DNA of 29,228 bases from a virus. Under the pieces are notes generated by a model. That model made no database searches. It saw nothing but the letters and a program-made list of their open reading frames with translations, and had not been told where the DNA came from. Both the position numbers and the translations under genes were made by a program. Shown piece by piece: positions 8,882-14,820 of the stretch. The DNA is taken from IMG/VR virus record IMGVR_UViG_3300010338_000991, one strand, 5' to 3'. How positions within the stretch are numbered: the first letter of the stretch is position 1; each line of letters begins with the position of its first letter.

Positions 8882-9663
8882 CTTTTCCTCCCTGTTCTGG
8901 CTTTAATGTGGTATGCAATATCGAATTCATTGCAGAAACCAATAACTGTCTCAACTGCGTTATTATAGAAGCTCTGATAATCAGGATAGGTGGATACCAA
9001 CTTGTTATAATGCAACCTGCCAAAGATAATCCTATCAGTGAAGGAAACTTTATCAAGTAATGACACCAAGTCTTGCTTTACTATATTGGGCGTTGGATAT
9101 GGTTCTATACTCACCCACGTTCTACAACCCAGATCATGCAAATTCTTTATGCTTGCCAGGCGGGTAGGGTAATCTGCGGAAAATGGTTCATATTGCTTTC
9201 TGAAGCCTTCATCGAAAGATACCAGTGAAATGCCCCATTCATGCTTTCTATCAAACCTCGATAGTTCCGAAGGCAGTAATCCTTTGGTTAGCGCTGTGCA
9301 CTTGATGCCATAATGATCCAGTAGCTTGATGATCTCGAGGCTCATTTTCGTTACTTCAGGGTATCCACTCATGAATGGGTCTGTGGTAAAGCAAAGATGC
9401 ACGGACTTAATGCTTTTCTGCTTCCTTGGGATTTCTTTCTTCAGCAGATCAAGAGCGTTTTCAACCAGCCTTGGTTTCAGCCAATCGTCGTAGTCTTTTA
9501 TCCTGCCAAATCTGCGAGCCATCATGAAGGCGTAACAGGGATAAGTGCAACCATGAGAACAACCTAACACATGGTTTATTGTGAAGTCTCCGTATTCTAC
9601 ACCTGTTTTATAGAGAAGCTGTTTTCTTAAATTAGTCTTGCTGGTTGTTTCCTTGTCGCTCAT
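8878..9663 (-). CDS. Hypothetical protein with N-terminal Cys cluster (GCSHGCTYPCYA), possibly DUF5131 (phage Gp37/Gp68)-like
   Basis: N-terminus EYGDFTINHVLGCSHGCTYPCYA resembles, from memory, the conserved start of DUF5131 proteins; not a canonical radical-SAM CxxxCxxC. Confidence 0.4.
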   Translation of the reverse strand: MSDKETTSKTNLRKQLLYKTGVEYGDFTINHVLGCSHGCTYPCYAFMMARRFGRIKDYDDWLKPRLVENALDLLKKEIPRKQKSIKSVHLCFTTDPFMSGYPEVTKMSLEIIKLLDHYGIKCTALTKGLLPSELSRFDRKHEWGISLVSFDEGFRKQYEPFSADYPTRLASIKNLHDLGCRTWVSIEPYPTPNIVKQDLVSLLDKVSFTDRIIFGRLHYNKLVSTYPDYQSFYNNAVETVIGFCNEFDIAYHIKARTGRKR

Positions 9664-9869
9664 AGCTCTATCTCCAGTTGTTCAGGATTATTGAATAACT
9701 GGTTTTCATCATTAGAGTCAGGTATCCACAGTAGCTGTTTGCTATAAACACAGCCGTTGTCGCGGTGTATCCAAGAGTATCCGTAGATCGGGCTGTAGTC
9801 GCAGGGCGGCATTAAGGTGTGGCATACGGGACAAAAACGTATAGGTGGGCGTTCTCGTTTGTGTTCCAT
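9660..9869 (-). CDS. Small Cys-rich protein (69 aa)
   Basis: AAAGGAG 6 nt upstream of the ATG; CPVC..PPC motif. Confidence 0.4.
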   Translation of the reverse strand: MEHKRERPPIRFCPVCHTLMPPCDYSPIYGYSWIHRDNGCVYSKQLLWIPDSNDENQLFNNPEQLEIEL

Positions 9870-9875
9870 TGTTTT

Positions 9876-9906
9876 CTCCTTTATTTTATTGTGTTTATCA
9901 TTTCTG
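9876..9906. repeat. Copy 1 of a duplicated 30-bp element (minus-strand sense ATGATAAACACAATAAAATAAAGGAG)
   Basis: Near-identical to 11919-11955; both copies end in an SD sequence directly upstream of a minus-strand start codon. Confidence 0.6.
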
Positions 9907-10005
9907 TCAAGTCCTGAAATGGCGGACTGTTTTTTAGCTTTTGTTGTTTAGCCTAAGCCCCTACATATAATCCCGCTACCGAGCAGGGTTGGCAAAAAGT
10001 GAAAC

Positions 10006-10878
10006 TTACGCAGCATCATATAGTTGGGCAGGTATCTGGTAGTTAATGCCGGCATGCAGGCGACAGTGATTGTAATCGTGGATGGACAATTTGATCAACT
10101 CCCTGGCCAGGCGTTTGCTCTTCAGGACCTTATGGATCAGGTATTCATGCTTCAGGGTATTGAAGAAGCGCTCTATTTTGGCATTGTCATAGCAGTGGTT
10201 TTTCCCCGTGAAGCTTATAGTCAGGCCATGGGACTGGAGTTTTTTCAGATATCGATAGGAACAATACTAGCAGCCATGGTCTGAATGGTGGATGGCTCCT
10301 TTCAGTTCCGGCGTGCTTTTCAAAGCCTTATTAAGGCAATCCAGAGCCCCGTCAGTGCGCAGATTGTTGCTGATGTTGAAGCTGAGTATCTTACGGGAAT
10401 ACATGTCCATCAGAACCGACAGGTAGAGAATGCCTTCGGTGGTGTGGATATAGGTGATGTCGGCGCAGATCGCCTGGTTGGGACGGGTTATAGGTAGTCC
10501 CTTGATCAGGTTTTCAAAGCTGGAGTCATAAATACCGGGGATAGACGTGCGAACCTTCCTGTAACGCCGGGACAGGACCAAGCCGCGATCGCGCAGGATC
10601 CTGTGGAGTTTGTCACGGCCGATCCCAATCCCCAGGTTGGACAACTCATGCCACAGCTTGCGGATGCCGTAAGCAGGATGCGCCGCCCTGATCTTAAGTA
10701 CCTCGTCCACAATCATCTGCTCGTATTCCGCAACCTTCTGGGAGGATGCCAGGGTCTCATAATACCAGGACTTGCTCTTGTTGAGATTCTTGCAGATGGC
10801 GCTCATGGACGCTTTGACAGAAGCCGCTCCAGCGTTCTTCTTTGCTCGGGGGACAGCCTGGAAAGTGAAGTTTTTTTT
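10006..10878 (-). pseudogene. IS3 transposase OrfB (DDE catalytic domain) interrupted by one in-frame TAG at 10267-10269
   Basis: Translation reads ...AIHHSDHGC, then TAG, then a further 86 in-frame codons (YCSYRYLKK...GKNHCYDNAKIERFFNTLK...) up to TAA at 10006. Confidence 0.7.
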
Positions 10879-11218
10879 CAGCCTCGCTGATGTTCTCGTT
10901 GACCACCTCCACATAGCTCTGAAGGCAAATATTGTGCAGGGTGACAGAGGCCAGGGCGGACTCCAACTCCTTGATCCGGTCTTTTTGCTCTTGCAGTATC
11001 GATTTCTCGTCTTTCATCTCAATCCTCACGTATCTTCTTATTACTTGATCCTTTCCGTATTTGCGGAGCCACTTGTAGATCGTGGTTCTGCCATTGATTT
11101 CATAAAGACGGGTTGCCTCTGCTATTGTCAACCTTCCTTTATCAATCTCCTGAACAACTTTCAACTTGAACGCCTCACTGTAGCGAAGCGTTACCTGGGC
11201 GATGGACTGTTTGGCCAT
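10757..11218 (-). CDS. IS3 transposase OrfA (HTH and leucine-zipper part)
   Basis: AAGGAG upstream of ATG 11218; N-terminal HTH-like LTIAEATRLYEINGRTTIYKWLRKY; coiled-coil segment; overlaps OrfB in the -1 frame. Confidence 0.8.
   Translation of the reverse strand: MAKQSIAQVTLRYSEAFKLKVVQEIDKGRLTIAEATRLYEINGRTTIYKWLRKYGKDQVIRRYVRIEMKDEKSILQEQKDRIKELESALASVTLHNICLQSYVEVVNENISEAEKKLHFPGCPPSKEERWSGFCQSVHERHLQESQQEQVLVL
10871..10877 (-). other. Programmed -1 ribosomal frameshift site A_AAA_AAA for OrfAB fusion transposase
   Basis: Minus-strand codons GAA AAA AAA in the OrfA frame; OrfB frame is open in -1 from this point. Confidence 0.5.
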
Positions 11219-11258
11219 TTTTTACTCCTTATTTTAGTCCACCTTTTTCAGGACACCT

Positions 11259-11286
11259 CAGCCAGGCGGGAGATCCCGCCTGGCTG
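11259..11286. repeat. Perfect 12-bp-stem hairpin (CAGCCAGGCGGG agat CCCGCCTGGCTG) abutting the IS end
   Basis: Inverted repeat read directly; 10 nt downstream of the stop of gene 11297-11539; no U-tract on either strand. Confidence 0.5.
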
Positions 11287-11296
11287 GGTAAATGTT

Positions 11297-11539
11297 TCAG
11301 CATCCGCAGGGAGTTCCCCCGCGGTATATTCTACCGCAGGAGTACTCCTCTTCCTCCCACTGACACCCGCAATGGGTGCAGTGCACCACCCTTGTTCCGA
11401 GATAGTAGGTCCCGTTGGGACCCCTATCTTCATCGCAAACGAGGGGGTTCCGATACTCTGCGAGGAGGTATTTCTCCTCGATGAGCCTTGCGGCGAGAAG
11501 ATCGCCGCAAAGATTTGTTAGGGTCATTTGCTTTTTCAT
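11297..11539 (-). CDS. Small Cys-rich protein (80 aa)
   Basis: AAGGAG upstream of the ATG; CTHCGC..C..CGC cysteine pattern. Confidence 0.4.
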   Translation of the reverse strand: MKKQMTLTNLCGDLLAARLIEEKYLLAEYRNPLVCDEDRGPNGTYYLGTRVVHCTHCGCQWEEEEYSCGRIYRGGTPCGC

Positions 11540-11739
11540 GGTATCTCCTTTTTTAGGTGAGCCCTATATTTCCCTTTCGGGTGGCTCACTCTATATGTGT
11601 ACAAGATAATCAATGCCGGTATTCTGTCAAGAAGTTTTTTCACTTTTTTTGTCTTTTTTTTTAGCCCCATGCCGCAAGCCATTGTAGCGATAAGACTTAC
11701 GGCATAAAACTTTTTTGCTCACGCTATTTGTTCCAGTTT

Positions 11740-11910
11740 TTAACGATAATCTCGTCTGAGATCCCGGCCGCATGGATCACCTTTTTTACTGCCTCCGGTG
11801 GCAACGTCTCGAAAAGCGTAACCACCGCAACGCATGTGTCGGCAAGCTGGTGTTAATGGAACAGGCTCTTCCAGCATACGGAAAAGATTGTCATCGTGTT
11901 CTTCAAACAT
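11740..11910 (-). CDS. Small ORF (56 aa), not in the supplied track
   Basis: ATG at 11910 preceded by AAAGGAG at 8-nt spacing; translation MFEEHDDNLFRMLEEPVPLTPACRHMRCGGYAFRDVATGGSKKGDPCGRDLRRDYR. Confidence 0.3.
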   Translation of the reverse strand: MFEEHDDNLFRMLEEPVPLTPACRHMRCGGYAFRDVATGGSKKGDPCGRDLRRDYR

Positions 11911-11918
11911 TTGTCATT

Positions 11919-11955
11919 CTCCTTTATTTTGTTATTGTGTTTATCATTTTTTCTG
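11919..11955. repeat. Copy 2 of the duplicated element; overlaps the last codons of gene 11924-12307 and the SD of the small ORF
   Basis: Minus-strand sense CAGAAAAAATGATAAACACAATAACAAAATAAAGGAG; compare 9876-9906. Confidence 0.6.
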
Positions 11956-12307
11956 CCAGGTGCTTGCGATCTCGCATTGCGAAACCGTAGCGCAAAACGG
12001 CAATCAACACATCCATCTCGTCGGGAATTCCGCGAGCCTTGACAGCATCAATGTGGTCAAGCAGATTCGGATAGCGAATTTCGCCCTTGCGCACCGGTGG
12101 CTCAGGATAGCACTCGTGACAATAGACGCTACGAGTGCATGCTTGCCAAGCGAACGGATCAATCGAATCGTTCATAATCGCGTCATAGTGACCGTGCGCG
12201 CCTATGTAATCGTAATCAGGCACGCGGATCATGCCGGAACCGGAACACCAAGCGCAAGCCGGATTGTGAACGATCGTGCCGGTAGGCTCTTTCGCTTTGA
12301 AACTCAT
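11924..12307 (-). CDS. Hypothetical protein (127 aa)
   Basis: ORF whose start overlaps the upstream stop (ATGA); no motif recognised. Confidence 0.45.
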   Translation of the reverse strand: MSFKAKEPTGTIVHNPACAWCSGSGMIRVPDYDYIGAHGHYDAIMNDSIDPFAWQACTRSVYCHECYPEPPVRKGEIRYPNLLDHIDAVKARGIPDEMDVLIAVLRYGFAMRDRKHLAEKMINTITK

Positions 12308-12861
12308 ACTTTCACCACCTTGATTTGCTTTTTCCTGTAGCTTGCGGCACTAAACGGAATCAGAGTATAGAACTCCACCAAGCGGTCAATAATGCGCTCA
12401 CCGTATATTTCACCTATCAATTCGCAGGACAAATTCGTGGTGATAATACAGCGATTGAACTTGCCTTCACGATAGCGTTCGTATTGCATGGCGATCAGAT
12501 TCGCGAAATAAGCCCTTGCCGCAGGCGTGTCCATCTCAGTGCCAAGATCGTCAAGCACCACGAGATCATAACTCAAGTAGCGTTCCAGTTTAGCGATCTC
12601 GTCACTTCTTGCCTTGCCGTCAAGCGCGCTTGCTTTCAAGTATTGCGCATACATCGATTGTGCGCTGATGCCTATCGCGGAAAAATGCGGATCATTGTCA
12701 TGCTGTTCCGCGATGTGATTATACACCACCTCTGCCGCAGCAGTCTTGCCGCATCCAGGCCTTCCGATAAACAACCAAGCAAACGGGTCTCCACTCGCTA
12801 CGATTGGCTCGATATAAGCGTGTAACTTCTGCTGTGGAATATACCAATCAGGATGTTTCAC
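12304..12861 (-). CDS. DnaC/IstB-like AAA+ ATPase (helicase loader)
   Basis: Walker A GRPGCGKT and Walker B LVVLDDLG in the translation; sits directly downstream of the replisome-organiser gene. Confidence 0.75.
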   Translation of the reverse strand: MKHPDWYIPQQKLHAYIEPIVASGDPFAWLFIGRPGCGKTAAAEVVYNHIAEQHDNDPHFSAIGISAQSMYAQYLKASALDGKARSDEIAKLERYLSYDLVVLDDLGTEMDTPAARAYFANLIAMQYERYREGKFNRCIITTNLSCELIGEIYGERIIDRLVEFYTLIPFSAASYRKKQIKVVKV

Positions 12862-13637
12862 GTCATCTCCTTCCCGATAAAATCGGTAACATTGTTAATC
12901 TGCTCAATGCGGCTCATTTGTTTTGCCGCGCTTGCGTTCTTATCCTTGCGATATTTGCCGAGTATCTCGTCATGATCTCCGGCAAACACCGGAAAGCCGT
13001 TCTTTCTGCTCAGGAACTCGGCAAGTTTCCATTGATACGAGAAAAAGCAATCAGGATCATTGATAACGGCATGATAGTTTTCTATGCCTTGCTTTATCTC
13101 GGCTAACGTGTATTCTTTGCAGCGTTTTGCGACGGCTTTCTCAATGTCGCTTGTGAGCTTCTTGCACCTAAGGCTCTGCGCCTTAGCGTTCCAATGCTCA
13201 ATGATCTCGCTTGCGTAGCTTGGCTGCTTAGGCGATTGTTTGGGTGCTGGTGTTTCTGGCTCTGATTGAGCTTGTGCTTTAGCTTTGCCGCCGATAGCGC
13301 CTGCCACGCTCCTCACTTCCGAAATCCTCTTGCGCTTTTCCAGTGTTTCCTGAACGATATCGGCACTGTATTTGTTGTCACACAAGATAAACGCCTCAAT
13401 TGACACGCAATAAGAAAAGAAGCGCTCAAGCTCATCGCAGTCAACGCCATAATCATCTGCATAGATCTCGATATCATCATGCTCTATCCAGCCACCGGAG
13501 CGCATCATTATCTCAATGCTAATATAATACATAGCATATCCCTTAAGCTTGCCAAACCTCGCCTTAATTCTCCGCATCTGTGGCTCATTGTGCGAATCAA
13601 TAGAGTGTTTGAACCATTTTTCGGGATTATGATTCAT
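12858..13637 (-). CDS. Replication initiation / replisome organiser with DUF4373 (Lin1244-like) N-terminal domain
   Basis: N-terminus WFKHSIDSHNEPQMRRIKARFGKLKGYAMYYISIEIMMRSGG resembles the DUF4373 signature of phage DnaD-like organisers; Lys/Ala-rich linker. Confidence 0.6.
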   Translation of the reverse strand: MNHNPEKWFKHSIDSHNEPQMRRIKARFGKLKGYAMYYISIEIMMRSGGWIEHDDIEIYADDYGVDCDELERFFSYCVSIEAFILCDNKYSADIVQETLEKRKRISEVRSVAGAIGGKAKAQAQSEPETPAPKQSPKQPSYASEIIEHWNAKAQSLRCKKLTSDIEKAVAKRCKEYTLAEIKQGIENYHAVINDPDCFFSYQWKLAEFLSRKNGFPVFAGDHDEILGKYRKDKNASAAKQMSRIEQINNVTDFIGKEMT

Positions 13638-13816
13638 TATTTCCCCCGATGTTCTACCATGAACTTATCAAGGTCTTGAATGTCAAACATCATCTCCTTT
13701 CCGCCGGGACGGGAATACTGCACCTTGCCCTGCTTTGCGTATCTCCTGAGCATGTATTCAGTAATGCCCAAATACTTGGCTGCTTGTGACGTTTTAAGAT
13801 ATCTCTGGGCAATCAT
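13637..13816 (-). CDS. Small HTH DNA-binding protein (excisionase/MerR-like), first gene of the minus-strand unit (ORF track extends to 13987)
   Basis: GGGAGA upstream of ATG 13816; HTH segment LKTSQAAKYLGITEYMLRRYAKQGKV. Confidence 0.5.
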   Translation of the reverse strand: MIAQRYLKTSQAAKYLGITEYMLRRYAKQGKVQYSRPGGKEMMFDIQDLDKFMVEHRGK

Positions 13817-13970
13817 GTTTTTCTCCCGTTGATGTAATTGCTTTTGTGTTTGTGTGTCTGGCTCATAAGAACCTCCTTTTAATTTCTGAATCCACCAAAA
13901 TACAGCCGCAAATCCTGTAAAGCATTTTCTTTGATTTGTGTTGACTTGTATTAATGTGAATGCGTAAATC

Positions 13971-14096
13971 AAGCAAATGCTAAGCAAATGCTAAGCAAAT
14001 GCTAAGCAAAATCAAGCAAACCGAAGCAGATAAGATAAGATAAGATAAGATAAGAGTAGATGAGATTAGATGAGATTAGAGGAGATTAGAATAGAC
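13971..14096. repeat. Iteron-like tandem repeat array: AAGCA-containing units at 11/11/11/10/10-bp spacing, GATAA x5, and four 10-bp units (TAGATGAGAT x2, TAGAGGAGAT, TAGAATAGAC)
   Basis: Read directly from sequence; located in the divergent intergenic region upstream of the replication module. Confidence 0.7.
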
Positions 14097-14142
14097 TATC
14101 ACTTTGCTAACGCAAAGATGATATATACACCATGAAAACCGT

Positions 14143-14160
14143 TTTCGTGACGTCACGAAA
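14143..14160. promoter_or_regulatory. Perfect 18-bp palindrome TTTCGTGACGTCACGAAA (candidate operator)
   Basis: Exact two-fold symmetry; overlaps a second palindrome GAAAACCGTTTTC (14134-14146); lies about 45 bp upstream of the TTGACA box. Confidence 0.45.
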
Positions 14161-14203
14161 TTGGTTAAGGCGATGCTGCCGGATCACCAAAATCACATTT
14201 TTC

Positions 14204-14231
14204 TTGACAAATAATTAATGCTGATTATATT
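14204..14231 (+). promoter_or_regulatory. Sigma70-like promoter candidate (TTGACA, 16 bp, TATATT) for the plus-strand unit
   Basis: Hexamers read directly; a TATAAT also occurs at 14244-14249. Confidence 0.4.
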
Positions 14232-14262
14232 GTAATCATGAGCTATAATTTTGATCACGATT

Positions 14263-14306
14263 TTGACATTGACATTGACATCGACTCGATTAACATCGAC
14301 ATCGAT
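14263..14306. repeat. Hexamer array TTGACA x3 in tandem followed by TCGAC/ATCGAC/ATCGAT repeats
   Basis: Sequence ttgacattgacattgacatcgactcgattaacatcgacatcgat, ending 47 bp upstream of the ParB-like gene start. Confidence 0.4.
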
Positions 14307-14352
14307 GAAAAAGACGAGCGCAAACACAATGTGTCTCGCATGGAGGCGATGA

Positions 14353-14820
14353 GTGAAGACAAATAAGCTTAAATTCAATCCCAATAATCCTCGCAAATGT
14401 AGTAAAGACAAGCTTGAAAAACTTATGCGCTCAATCGAATCATTCCCTGAAATGATGAAGTTGCGCCCAATGGTTTACGATCCCGAAACCATGTATGTTT
14501 TAGGCGGGAATCAGCGCCTCGCAGCTATTAGAAAGCTCGGCATGAAAGACATCCCGGATGAGTGGACGATCGCCGCCACAGATCTCACCCCAGAACAGCA
14601 AAAGGAATTTGTTCTGCGAGATAATGTGCAGTTCGGCGATTGGGACTTTGAGATGCTGTCTGCTGAGTTTGGCGAATTTGATCTTGAAGAAATGGGCATG
14701 GATATGCCAGAGATAGAGGCAGAAGAGCCATATGTCCCAAGTGAAACTAAAGAAATTGACACAGATATAGCATTTGATCACAAGTGCCCAAAATGTGGAT
14801 TTGAGTTTAATGAATCTTAG
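14353..14820 (+). CDS. ParB-like nuclease (ParB/Srx) domain protein with C-terminal zinc ribbon
   Basis: GGAGG 5 nt upstream of a GTG start; N-terminal KLKFNPNNPRK...MYVLGGNQRLAAIRKLG resembles the ParBc domain; C-terminal CPKCG. Confidence 0.6.
   Translation: MKTNKLKFNPNNPRKCSKDKLEKLMRSIESFPEMMKLRPMVYDPETMYVLGGNQRLAAIRKLGMKDIPDEWTIAATDLTPEQQKEFVLRDNVQFGDWDFEMLSAEFGEFDLEEMGMDMPEIEAEEPYVPSETKEIDTDIAFDHKCPKCGFEFNES

Larger units (their letters stand above)
9905..11260 (-). mobile_element. IS3-family insertion sequence, about 1.36 kb (ends approximate within a few bp)
   Basis: Two overlapping minus-strand ORFs (HTH OrfA; DDE OrfB ending HHSDHGC); A_AAA_AAA slippery site in the overlap; imperfect terminal inverted repeats; TG...CA termini. 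Confidence 0.75.

Noticed and set aside
8878-9663. Calling the Cys-cluster protein a radical SAM enzyme
   Set aside because: The cluster is CxxxCxxxC rather than the canonical CxxxCxxC and no other radical-SAM motifs were recognised; kept as function unknown
10024-11521. Plus-strand ORFs overlapping the IS (10024-10284, 10603-10890, 10772-11521)
   Set aside because: They are antisense to the clearly recognisable transposase genes and lack ribosome-binding sites; judged spurious
11540-11740. tRNA or other structured RNA gene in the 200-bp non-coding gap
   Set aside because: No cloverleaf arrangement could be traced by eye; retained only as a structured regulatory region in the findings
13971-14096. 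Possible CRISPR array suggested by short direct repeats
   Set aside because: Units are only 5-11 bp, directly tandem with no spacers, and no cas genes are present; far more consistent with iterons
14193-14411. Minus-strand ORF of 72 aa spanning the promoter and hexamer-repeat region
   Set aside because: Its translation (FIDVDVNRVDVNVNVKIV...) simply reflects the non-coding repeats, and it overlaps the promoter and the ParB-like gene start
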